From: Minisyncoccia bacterium
Lineage (GTDB): Bacteria > Patescibacteriota > Minisyncoccia > UBA6257 > 2-01-FULL-56-20
DNA: 64,000 bases
Direction: 5' to 3'
Assembly (NCBI GenBank): GCA_050008535.1
Contig: JBEKML010000001.1
Coordinates: forward strand, 2,246 to 66,245
Below, piece by piece: positions 31,996 to 40,501 of this stretch (positions within the stretch are counted from its first letter, which is position 1; every line of letters starts with the position of its first letter). The position numbers and the translations under genes are program-made. A model generated the notes under the pieces. The model did not search any database. It was not told the DNA's origin and worked only from the letters and a program-made list of their open reading frames with translations.

Positions 31996-32970
31996 TTACC
32001 TTACTAGGTATTTAACTGTATTTTGGTGTTGCTCGTCAAGAGTCTTGGCAAAAATAGTTTTTCCCGTCTTGGGGTCGCTTAGATAGAACCAGTAAGGCGA
32101 ACTTGTGGGCGTGAGAGCTGCCTGAATAGCCGAAATGCCAGGATTTCCGATAGGACCAGGGGGGAGCCCCTTATACAAGTAGGTATTGTAGGGCGAATCG
32201 ATCTTTAAGTCAATAGTACCACAACCCGGCTCGGAAAGGGGGGTACCGATCTGCATCGCGTAACAAACCGTCGCGTCCACCTGAAGCGGCATGCCCGCCC
32301 GGAGACGTTTCCATAAAATCCCGGCGACGATTCTCCGGTCGTCCGAATTTGATACCTCCTTCTCAAGGATGGACGCGAGGATCAGATCGTTCGGGGCATC
32401 CGCCCCGTCCTGCGCCATGATCGGCGCTGCCTTTGCGTCAAAATTATCGAGCATCGCCTTGACCACGTCGCCTATGGGGGAATTGGTATAGAAGCGATAA
32501 GTGTCGGGAAACAATTTTCCTTCCAAATTTCCGGCATCATGAAAATTGACGAGATCGCCCCGCCGGATCACAAGCGCTTTGGCAAGGATCGCGTCAATCT
32601 GATAGAGATTCGCCCCTTCGGGAATCGTGATCGTCGTTTCTCCGGCGGCATTCTTCGAAAGTTCGCCCAACACCGCCCAGGGCGACATCGTCGCGTTCAA
32701 CCGATAAAGTCCCGGCTGCAGATGAAACGCCGACCCATTCAGAAGGGAAAGCGCCTCGGTGGCGAACGACGACCGTACGATGCCCGCGTGCGCGAGGCCC
32801 GTAATAATTTCGTGGAAGCCTTCCCCTTGTTTTATTTCAAAGATCGCAGGCGCCGCATCCGCACGGGCACCGATTGGCGTAAGACCATAGAGAAAAAAAC
32901 CGACCGCTCCAGCAAGAAGAAGCATGGCGCACGAACCAACGATGAATTTCCTTGTAAAAAACTGTGGCAT
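31996..32970 (-). CDS. mltG: Endolytic murein transglycosylase MltG (YceG family).
   Basis: N-terminal TM; the conserved YceG signature region ...TYLYKGLPPGPIGNPGISAIQAAL...; 324 aa. Confidence 0.75.
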   Translation of the reverse strand: MPQFFTRKFIVGSCAMLLLAGAVGFFLYGLTPIGARADAAPAIFEIKQGEGFHEIITGLAHAGIVRSSFATEALSLLNGSAFHLQPGLYRLNATMSPWAVLGELSKNAAGETTITIPEGANLYQIDAILAKALVIRRGDLVNFHDAGNLEGKLFPDTYRFYTNSPIGDVVKAMLDNFDAKAAPIMAQDGADAPNDLILASILEKEVSNSDDRRIVAGILWKRLRAGMPLQVDATVCYAMQIGTPLSEPGCGTIDLKIDSPYNTYLYKGLPPGPIGNPGISAIQAALTPTSSPYWFYLSDPKTGKTIFAKTLDEQHQNTVKYLVR

Positions 32971-32976
32971 GGCGCT

Positions 32977-34023
32977 CTATGACCGTTTCCGGATGGAATT
33001 TACAATAGCTAAAAGGAAAAAATTGGCAAGCATGCTTGATCCGCCGTAGCTCACAAAGGGGAACGTGACGCCGACGACCGGCAAAAGTCCCGTCGTGGAA
33101 CCAGCGTTCAGAAAGAACTGGACTCCCAGCGCCATTGCGACGCCAAGGCAGATGAACTTTTCGAAATTTTCGTCGGCAAGCGCGCCGATCCTCAAGATCT
33201 GGAGCACGAGAAAGAAGAACGCCGCAATAACGACGAGCCCGCCTATTATCCCCCATTCCTCAATGATTGCGGCAAGAATAAAATCCTCCGACGGTTCCGA
33301 AAGAAATCCAAGTTGGGTTTCCGTCCCCTGCCCGTATCCCTTGCCGAAAAGCCCCGCCGACCCGATCGCGATCTTTGCCTGTGTTGCACTGTAATTGATC
33401 CCCAAGACATTCTCCTGCGGATAAAGAAATCCTACGATCCGCGCCCGGTGATAATCCTTGAGAACATATGTCCAAACGAGCCCGGTCGCAAGAACAAGAA
33501 CAATGACCGCCGCAAGTACCCTCTTCGGCGGAAGCCCCGAAAGAAGGAGGAAGCCGAACCAGATGCAAAAGAAGATGACCGCCGATCCAAGGTCGGGCAA
33601 TTGCACCGCGATCGCCGCGGGAACCACAAAAAAGAAAAAGGAGGTGATGATGTTCGTGAGCCGCGCAACGGCAAGATGACGCCGGCTGAAATAATTGGCG
33701 TATAAAAAAATGATCGCCACCTTCATGAGTTCCACCGGCTGAAGCGTGAAGGGTCCGAACACGAGCCAGCTTCTCGTATTCCGAATGACCGGCCCCTTGA
33801 AATACGCGAGGAGCATCAGGGCAAGCACCAAAAAATAGAACCCCCAAATGACCCAGCGCGCATTGAACACCGACCGCCAGTCAACATAGAGAAAAAGCAC
33901 CACGAGGCTGACGCCGAGCGCCACCCAGAGCAGCTGGAGATAAAAAAGGTGCAGCGAGACCGCCGAAAGCAAAATGAGCCCGGCCGCGACCAAGATACCA
34001 ACCGGAAGAAAGAGGATAGGCAT
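32977..34023 (-). CDS. rodA: SEDS-family peptidoglycan glycosyltransferase (RodA/FtsW). The start is taken at ATG 34023 (MPILFLPVGIL...).
   Basis: Ten TM helices and conserved SEDS motifs (…GAKSWL-like RNTRSWLVFGPFTLQPVELMK, C-terminal PFVSYGGSSMLANF). Confidence 0.75.
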   Translation of the reverse strand: MPILFLPVGILVAAGLILLSAVSLHLFYLQLLWVALGVSLVVLFLYVDWRSVFNARWVIWGFYFLVLALMLLAYFKGPVIRNTRSWLVFGPFTLQPVELMKVAIIFLYANYFSRRHLAVARLTNIITSFFFFVVPAAIAVQLPDLGSAVIFFCIWFGFLLLSGLPPKRVLAAVIVLVLATGLVWTYVLKDYHRARIVGFLYPQENVLGINYSATQAKIAIGSAGLFGKGYGQGTETQLGFLSEPSEDFILAAIIEEWGIIGGLVVIAAFFFLVLQILRIGALADENFEKFICLGVAMALGVQFFLNAGSTTGLLPVVGVTFPFVSYGGSSMLANFFLLAIVNSIRKRS

Positions 34024-34036
34024 AAGAAAAAGCGTA

Positions 34037-34816
34037 TTACGACCGGAGCGCGTAGGCAAAGACCTTCGTAAGCGACGGGACGACGCTCGGCACCGTTGGA
34101 TACGCCACGGAAAAATCCTCGGTTTGGTTCGGCGCGATCGCGTCAAGCATGGTTTGTGAAGCACCGACCGGCTTGCCGTTCTTATCGTAGAAAATAGCGA
34201 CGATAAATATATTGTTGAATGCCGCAATATCGCCGTCGGCAACCTGTCCCGTCACCGTAATGCTGCTTGACGAAATCGTGGTGCCCGTGATCGGCAAAGG
34301 AGCGCCGCGCGAATTCCCCAATTGCGGCACAAGGCCCATTGCGGAGCCGGTCGTCCATGTGGTGCTTCCTATCACAAGTGCGGCATGATCCACCGTGGTT
34401 GTAACGTTCACATTAGGGATCAGGAGGTACTTCACTTCGCTTGCATAAATGAAGGATTGGCCGGGGACCGATCCAATAAGCGCCCCCGAGGCATCATAGA
34501 GATCGAATGAATAACCAAAGCCCGGAGAAGCGAATCCTGCATTGTGATTTTCCACCTCCGCGAGGAAGGTATAATGCCCGGGACTTGAAACAAATGTCTG
34601 AACGTTTCCTACGGTAATACTAAGTGTTTCCGATGGAACGCACACCTTGGCGCACGGTCCGCCGCAGTCCACGCCCGCTTCTCCCTGGTTTTGCACATTG
34701 TCAAAGCACGACGGCGCCCGATAAAAAAACAAAAAATAGATGCCCAGGGCGATACCGACGAGCACAACAAGGTAAAGCACGCCGTAGATCATCTGCTTCA
34801 TCCACCGTGGGGTCAT
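34037..34816 (-). CDS. Hypothetical membrane-anchored extracytoplasmic protein.
   Basis: N-terminal TM (MIYGVLYLVVLVGIALGIYFLFF), a short Cys cluster (CFDNV...CGGPCAKVC), then a Ser/Thr/Gly-rich beta-type domain. No recognisable family. Confidence 0.4.
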   Translation of the reverse strand: MTPRWMKQMIYGVLYLVVLVGIALGIYFLFFYRAPSCFDNVQNQGEAGVDCGGPCAKVCVPSETLSITVGNVQTFVSSPGHYTFLAEVENHNAGFASPGFGYSFDLYDASGALIGSVPGQSFIYASEVKYLLIPNVNVTTTVDHAALVIGSTTWTTGSAMGLVPQLGNSRGAPLPITGTTISSSSITVTGQVADGDIAAFNNIFIVAIFYDKNGKPVGASQTMLDAIAPNQTEDFSVAYPTVPSVVPSLTKVFAYALRS

Positions 34817-34922
34817 GGGTTCATTATAACGGATTTACCCAAATCTAAGGTCGTAAGCAACTTATGAACTTAGGTTTGGAGGGGGGTGTGCTCGGGCGTG
34901 GTGCCTGGCTCCTCCCCTTCCC

Positions 34923-35318
34923 TTAAGTGATCGGGTGGCAGGAAAGCGGGGAGATGCCCCTTCTCTTCCTGCGCTTCCCTGGCGGATCGTTCAGCTCGAG
35001 ATCCACATCCACCGAGTAATCGGCGTTAATCGCGGTGATTCTTGCGGGCCCGCCATTGTAGGTAACGGGCTGGCCCGTCACGAGCCCCCTTCCAACCACC
35101 ACGACCATGTTACGTGCAGCATGGCAACGATTCGATAGAGCGGCCGCCTCCTCCCTGAACCTTGTGGGGGGAGCGTCGACGCCAAGAATGACCCTGACAT
35201 TCCTGATGATCTCGGCTCGCCGCGCAGGGTCTCGCCTGCACCGGTGGTAATACTCCTCGAGCAGCCTTTCGCATAGATCCAACTGCTCATCTGCCAACAA
35301 CGGAATTGGCGTAGACAT
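34923..35318 (-). CDS. Hypothetical protein (131 aa).
   Basis: An ORF with a strong SD (acgacAAGGAGGcggcaATG) and the upstream ACCTAAGTTCA box. No recognisable domain. Confidence 0.4.
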   Translation of the reverse strand: MSTPIPLLADEQLDLCERLLEEYYHRCRRDPARRAEIIRNVRVILGVDAPPTRFREEAAALSNRCHAARNMVVVVGRGLVTGQPVTYNGGPARITAINADYSVDVDLELNDPPGKRRKRRGISPLSCHPIT

Positions 35319-35368
35319 TGCCGCCTCCTTGTCGTAAGTATTTTATGAACTTAGGTTGGGGGGCGATG

Positions 35369-35650
35369 TTACTCGCCCACCTCCTTCTTCTTTCTGCCGA
35401 GAACGACCCCGCAGGCAATCGCGGAGACCACGGTAAGGACGGCGAAGGCCTGAGTGCCGACCTTCCTCGCAGCCACCTCTTCCTTCACGGAACCGGCAAG
35501 GGCTGTGTTGCCCTGTTCTCCCTGGGCAAGGCAGGCGCTCTGCCCGAGAGAGATTCCCCAGTTCGTTGCGTTGTAGAGGGAGAGATAGCCGAACACCAGC
35601 GCAAGAAGCGCCAGCAAGACCACGAGACGCTTTCTCATGAGATAGCTCAC
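35369..35650 (-). CDS. Hypothetical small membrane protein (93 aa, two TM segments).
   Basis: GAGGTG SD upstream; hydrophobic N- and C-terminal segments. Confidence 0.35.
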   Translation of the reverse strand: MSYLMRKRLVVLLALLALVFGYLSLYNATNWGISLGQSACLAQGEQGNTALAGSVKEEVAARKVGTQAFAVLTVVSAIACGVVLGRKKKEVGE

Positions 35651-35717
35651 CTCAGAGCTGTGCTTGTTATAGCCTATTTATAGAATTATGTCCAGTGCAC
35701 GGGACGGGATTTGAACA

Positions 35718-35740
35718 AATAACAAAAAACGGCCCTTTGA
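35718..35740 (-). terminator. U-tract immediately after the 5S rRNA 3' end. 5S helix I plus the T-run probably act as the operon terminator.
   Basis: The minus strand reads ...GCCGACATCAAAGGGCCGTTTTTTGTTATTTGTTC directly after the 5S 3' end. Confidence 0.35.
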
Positions 35741-35861
35741 TGTCGGCACATCCTACTTTCCCCGCAGGCGAACCCGCAAGTATCATCGGATCGGGGCGCT
35801 TTCACTTCTCTGTTCGGAATGGGAAGAGGTGGGACACGCCCGAATAAAGCACCGACATCAA
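35738..35861 (-). rRNA. rrf: 5S ribosomal RNA.
   Basis: Reverse complement contains CCCATTCCGAACAGAGAAGTGAAAGCGCC... (5S loop B/helix III consensus), and the terminal helix I pairs gatgtcggtgc with gcaccgacatc. About 124 nt. Confidence 0.85.
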
Positions 35862-35874
35862 AAGGTCGTTCACA

Positions 35875-35934
35875 GACAGGTATGCGTTTTGGCAACAGTA
35901 CTAAGAAGGGCTGTTGCCAAAACGCATACCTGTC
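35875..35934. repeat. Conserved-loop hairpin, copy 3, in the 23S-5S spacer. A 24-bp perfect stem carries the loop in the opposite orientation (TACTAAGAAGGG).
   Basis: gacaggtatgcgttttggcaacag is the exact reverse complement of ctgttgccaaaacgcatacctgtc. Confidence 0.85.
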
Positions 35935-35960
35935 TGCTCACTCTCTTTGAACATTGATTG

Positions 35961-36030
35961 AGTGTTTGCCAAATAGCGTTTGGACGAGAGCCCTTCTTAG
36001 TACTCTCGGACAAACGCTATTTGGCAAACA
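35961..36030. repeat. Conserved-loop hairpin, copy 4, in the 23S-5S spacer. A 29-bp stem with a 2-nt internal mismatch carries the loop CCCTTCTTAGTA. It abuts the 23S 3' processing stem.
   Basis: gtgtttgccaaatagcgtttggacgagag pairs with ctctcggacaaacgctatttggcaaacac. Confidence 0.85.
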
Positions 36031-36033
36031 CGA

Positions 36034-36054
36034 AGTCAGCATTGGGATGGTTGG
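36034..36054. repeat. 3' arm of the 23S rRNA processing stem. It is the exact reverse complement of 40083-40103, about 4 kb away.
   Basis: gtcagcattgggatggttggc at 36034 matches gccaaccatcccaatgctgac at 40083 as a 21-bp perfect long-range inverted repeat bracketing the 23S gene. This is the classic RNase III processing helix. Confidence 0.8.
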
Positions 36055-36157
36055 CGGGATTATTAGTACTCCTTGGCTGAAGCCATTGCTGGCCTTACAC
36101 CTAGAGCCTATCAACGTGGTAGTCTTCCACGAAATCACGCACACCTAATCTTGGGGT

Positions 36158-36191
<34 letters not shown>

Positions 36192-36333
36192 CTTCCATAC
36201 ATAGCTACCCGGCAGTTCACCTGGTGGCAAAGCCGGTAGACCAGAGGTATGTTCAGCCCAGTCCTCTCGTACTAAGGCCAACTCCCCTCAAGTGTTAAAC
36301 GCCTGCAGCAGATAGAGACCGACCTGTCTCACG

Positions 36334-37086
36334 CAATATATTATTTCACGCCATTGCTGGCGGTTTGGACTATACCACCATCTCGATCCACACCGAGATG
36401 ACCGACGTTTTATGGAATTTTTCTTCCATCCAATCCCTTAGATTGAGTCTCTACGGGGTCAATGTATATAGCTTTCGCTTCTTTGAATAATTCAATTCTC
36501 TGAAACGATCTACGGTCTTCATCAGCACGTGAAAATCGCCTTGATTTTTCACATTCGCTTTTTTATCCAAGACTTCCAGCATAAGCATCGCTTGATCCTT
36601 TTTCATAATGAGGTACGGCTGAACTATATCAAGAAATGCGCGGATAGCGCCTTCTCTCGCAATAGTATATTCAACCATGCCGTCATTTCTCTCTCGGAAA
36701 TAACCGAGGTTGACGAAGGAACAAACTTGCTTGAACTTTTTCAGTTCTTTTTTGGATTGGAACAACACAATATACGGTGCTACTTGAAATCCGTACCGAT
36801 ATTCGGCATTAGGTTTCAATCGCACGTAAATGCTTCCATCTCCATCTAGAAATCCTGCAATATATGCTTTTTGTGCTGACGAAAGACTTTTCATACACGA
36901 CTTCCCTCGGTATTATCCTATAATCACCCACTCATGCAAAATATCTTTTAATATATTTTTAATGAGCATTGTGGTATGTCCACAGGTCATGGACATTAGG
37001 ACTTCACCGATATGAGTCGATTTATGCACCCTAACGTTGCCGCTAGGGGCCGCCGTGTTCGATTATCGTTAAGGGTTCTTTGGTTG
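36334..37086 (-). mobile_element. Group I intron in 23S rRNA at the E. coli L2593-equivalent (I-CreI-type) site, carrying a LAGLIDADG homing endonuclease ORF.
   Basis: The flanking exons rejoin to GGGTTCAGACCGT|CGTGAGACAG, matching E. coli GGGTTTAGAACGTCGTGAGACAG exactly. Exon 1 ends in U, the intron ends in G, and the ORF lies in a peripheral loop. Confidence 0.75.
36451..36894 (-). CDS. LAGLIDADG homing endonuclease (single-motif, I-CreI-like) encoded in the 23S group I intron.
   Basis: MKSLSSAQKAYIAGFLDGDGSIYVRLKPN... has a single LAGLIDADG motif (IAGFLDGDGSI) near the N-terminus; 147 aa. Confidence 0.85.
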   Translation of the reverse strand: MKSLSSAQKAYIAGFLDGDGSIYVRLKPNAEYRYGFQVAPYIVLFQSKKELKKFKQVCSFVNLGYFRERNDGMVEYTIAREGAIRAFLDIVQPYLIMKKDQAMLMLEVLDKKANVKNQGDFHVLMKTVDRFRELNYSKKRKLYTLTP

Positions 37087-38493
37087 ACGGTCTGAACCCA
37101 GCTCACGTGCCACTTTAATTGGCGAACAGCCAAACGCTTGGGAGCTTCTTCACCCCCGCGCTGTGGCGAGCCGACATCGAGGTGCCGAGCGAAGTCGTCG
37201 ATAGGAACTCTCGGACTTCACCAGCCTGTTATCCCCGGAGTAGCTTTTATCCGGTGTCTCCGGCCTTTCTATCAAGAGTTTAATGAATCGTAAGAAACAA
37301 TAAACGTAGCCGTCGGGTCACTAACTTCTGCTTTCGCACCTGCTCGACTTGTAGGTCTCGCAGTCAAGCCGGCTTTTGCGTTTGCACGTCCTGCCCGATT
37401 TCCATCCGGGCTAAGCCGACCTTAATAAACTCCTCCGTTACTTTTTTGGAGGAAAACGCCCCATTTAAACTGCCTACCAAGCACTGTCTCAGCCGGGTTT
37501 ATGCTTGCGCACTTCCCAGCCGGTTAGTCTTTAAAATCTTAAAGATGGCTGTTTCATTGTCGGATCCACCGCCCCCGAGAGGGCGGCTTCAAATCCTCAC
37601 CACTACGCTACGCATCAAGATTCTAAAGACAATACCAAGCTGCAGTAAAGCTTCCGGGGTCTTTTCGTCCCGCTGCAGGTATCCCGCGTCTTCACGGGAA
37701 TCGCATTTTCACCGAGCTTGCCTCTGAGACAGTTCTCCAGTCGTTACGAGCACCGCACCTTGCGGCACGGCACCCCCAACCTTGACCTTCTCGCATCGGT
37801 CAGGCGTCACCCCCTATACATCCTCTTGCGAGTTAGCAGGGAGCTGTGTTTTTGGTAAACAGTCGCCAGAGAGACTTTCGCTGCGGCCCCTCAATAAAGA
37901 AGGGCAGGCCATATTGCTAACTTACGGCCGCTTTTTTGCCGAGTTCCTTAGAGGCAAATCACTCGTTCCCCTTGGGCTTCTCGCCCTATCTACCAGTGTC
38001 GGTTTACGGTACGGATCCTCTGTAACGTTACCGTCGTGCTTTTCTCGGAAGGCTCTTCACGCGTGTTAGTGAGGTAAATTCCTCACCTTCCGCCAATCCT
38101 CGCTTGAACTTCGGACCAGCGATACCAAACCAATAAGGCATACGCACTTATTTCCTTCGCACACGACGGATAATCACAAAGGAGGGCTGGAATATTAACC
38201 AGCATTCCATCAGCTGCGGCTTTCGCCATCGCCTTAGGACCGCCTAACCCGTGGTTGATTGCCAGTGCCACGGAAACCTTGGATTTTCGGGGTTCCAATT
38301 TCTCATTGGGATTGTGGTTACTCATGCCAACATTTTCTCTTCCGGCCGCTCCAAACGCCCTCGCGGGTCGATCTTCGCTGCAGACCGGAATGCTCTCCTA
38401 CCGCGCATGGACTTCATAGAGGAGGCCAAGCGAACATATGCTCGCCTCGCACTCCGATAATTATTGCTATTCGTGTTGACCGCCCAGGAGGGG

Positions 38494-38570
38494 TGGTCGG
38501 GCCGGTGGGATTTGAACCCACGACTTCCGAGGCCCGAGCTCGGCGCGCTACCAGGCTGCGCCACGGCCCG
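38494..38570 (-). tRNA. tRNA-Pro(CGG) embedded inside the 23S helix-45 IVS, with CCA encoded (38494-38496).
   Basis: CGGGCCG-TG-GCGC-AGCCTGGTA-GCGC-G-CCGAG-CTCGGGC-CTCGG-AAGTC-GTGGG-TTCAAAT-CCCAC-CGGCCCG-A-CCA. The D-arm GGCGCAGCCTGGTAGCGC is identical to E. coli tRNA-Pro, and G72/A73 plus G35G36 are the Pro identity set. Confidence 0.65.
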
Positions 38571-38703
38571 CCACACGAATGGCGGAGGGGCACGGGGATT
38601 CCTCCCCGCGCCAAGCCAAAACTACCGTACATGGCCTCCCAACAGCACGCTTGCGCATGCCAAGGCGCCCCTCCATGAAACAAAACAAAGAGCTACTAAG
38701 AGA

Positions 38704-38791
38704 TGGTGGAGCGGGGGAGAGTCGAACTCCCCTATGGCCCCGTAGTAATCGCGCACCGAAATGCAATGCGCGCACACACAGGCCGCGCCCC
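38704..38791 (-). ncRNA. tRNA-like element inside the IVS. It has an acceptor stem with a G3:U70 wobble, a T-arm and encoded CCA, but no recognisable D or anticodon arms.
   Basis: TGGGGCGCGG...[hairpin-rich 50 nt]...ATAG-GGGAG-TTCGACT-CTCCC-CCGCTCC-A-CCA. The 5' GGGGCGC pairs with the 3' CCGCTCC (6 of 7 pairs, G3:U70). It resembles a tRNA-Ala/tmRNA-type acceptor/T-arm minihelix. Confidence 0.3.
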
Positions 38792-39540
38792 ACAACTCTT
38801 CACGAAACAAACTACTCCTCTATGAAGTCCACGCACCCGTATCTTCGGTACCATGCTTAGCCCCGGTACATTTTCGGCGCCACCACCCATCGAATAGTGA
38901 GTTGTTACACACTCTTTAAAGGATGGCTACCTCTAAGCCAACCTCCTATCTGTCTATGGGTGATGACTACCTTTCACACTTAGCATGGATTTGGGGACCT
39001 TAGATAACGGTCTGGGCTCTTCCCCTCGCGACCACGGAGCTTAGCCCCCGCAGTCTGACTAGGGTAATACCACCACGGTATTCGGAGTTTGATTGACTCG
39101 TCGGCCTTTCGGCCTTTACGAATCATCCAGTGCTCTACCCCCGTGGCTACCTTACCCCGCTAGTCCTAAAACTATTTCGGAGAGAACCAGCTATTACCAA
39201 ATTCGATTAGCTTTTCACTCCTTACCTCAGCTCATCCGAAGGTGTTGAACAACCCACCGGTTCGGGCCTCCCCTTCGATTTCTCGAAGGTTCACCCTGGC
39301 CAAGGCAAGCTCATCTGGCTTCGGGTCTACCTTGTGATGCCATAGTTCGCCCTATTAAGACTCGCTTTCGCTGTGCCTCCGCGCTTTCGCGCTTAGACAA
39401 GCAACACAAGATAAGTCGTTGGCTCATTCTTCAATAGGCACATTGTTGCACTCGTCCGCGGATTGCTCCGCGATCGTTCGTGCTTCAATTCCTTGTAGAC
39501 AAATGGTTTCAGGTTCTATTTCAACGGCCTCACCGGCCTG

Positions 39541-39577
<37 letters not shown>

Positions 39578-40082
39578 ATCTAGAAAAGTATTTAGCCTTC
39601 AAGTTGAAAAACTAAGGAGATCATTAGTTTTCGCCTACGGGGCTATCACCCGCTCTGGCGCCGTCTTTCCAGGCGGCTTCGGCTAACCAACGATTTTTTT
39701 ACTCCTCCACCTCGATAGCCAATAGCCACCCGGGAAAAACCCGAGTCGCTATTAGCTAAAAAGAGCGTCTTCCTCTTATTACCCCAAGGTCCGATCTTGC
39801 GATCAGAACCTTAGTTTGGGCTCTTCCCTGTTCTCTCGCCGATACTAAGGGAATAAACTTTTGTTCTTTGTTCCTCTGGCTACTGAAATGTTTTACTTCG
39901 CCAAGTACGCGAATCGGCTTGCGCCGAAACGATTGCGGGTTACGCAATCAGGTTTCCCCATTCGGAAATCCCCGGATCACAGGTTGCTACGCACCTCCCC
40001 GAGGCGTATCGTCGCTACGCCACGTCCTTCATCGCCTTTTCTAGTCAAGGCATCCACCATTCGCCCTTAATGCCAACCATCC

Positions 40083-40103
40083 CAATGCTGACTTACTAAC
40101 TGC
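40083..40103. repeat. 5' arm of the 23S processing stem (partner of 36034-36054).
   Basis: Exact 21-nt reverse complement of 36034-36054, located immediately upstream of the 23S 5' end on the transcribed strand. Confidence 0.8.
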
Positions 40104-40501
40104 TCTGCCTGCCAAGAGAAATTGCGCGCTTTGTGAAAATGCGATTGTCGATAGCGCGTGTCCGGCACAATACCAGACATAATAATGGCGCAGAGCTTCT
40201 TATACCATACTCCGACTCTACAATTCGGAGCCGCCCAATGACTACCAAGGCGGACGATGTTAAATTGCGTTCCATGCACGAATCCCGGGAAAAAAATCAG
40301 CCGCACACGGCGGCCGCCCCAGTGCGCAAAAACGCGCGGTTCAGCCGCAATGCTTTTGGAGGATTATTTTCGCGTTCATTCGTACGAGGTCTATTATACG
40401 CGGCGGCAAAATAGTGTCAAGTGGGCGAAAATCCCACACTAGACCGATAAAGGAAAATCCTATATGGTCATTAGAGAAATCTTCGGTTCCAAGGAGGGAC
40501 C

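Larger units (their letters stand above)
38425..38814 (-). other. Intervening sequence (IVS) inserted in 23S helix 45. It is closed by a 16-bp perfect stem (38409-38424 pairs with 38815-38830) and contains a full tRNA-Pro plus a tRNA-like minihelix.
   Basis: The 23S homology runs ...GGGGCTAAGCATGGTACCGAAG..GTGCGTG | GGACTTCATAGAGGAG [390 nt] CTCCTCTATGAAGTCC | ATGCGCGGTAGGAGAGC..., where E. coli has only the short H45 hairpin (GCGACGCTTATGCGTTG). Confidence 0.7.

Noticed and set aside
38704-38791. Calling the IVS minihelix a tmRNA (ssrA) because of GGGGCG...CCGCUCCACCA ends with a G3:U70 pair.
   Set aside because: 88 nt is far too short for tmRNA. There are no pseudoknots or tag-reading-frame region and no 5' UUCGAC element. 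It is kept only as a low-confidence tRNA-like ncRNA.
40110-40260. Assigning a specific -35/-10 promoter for the 23S-5S operon upstream of the processing stem.
   Set aside because: Several weak candidates exist (TTGTAG...TATAAG with a 13-nt spacer; TCGACA...CGCAAT). None has canonical spacing, so no promoter feature was called.
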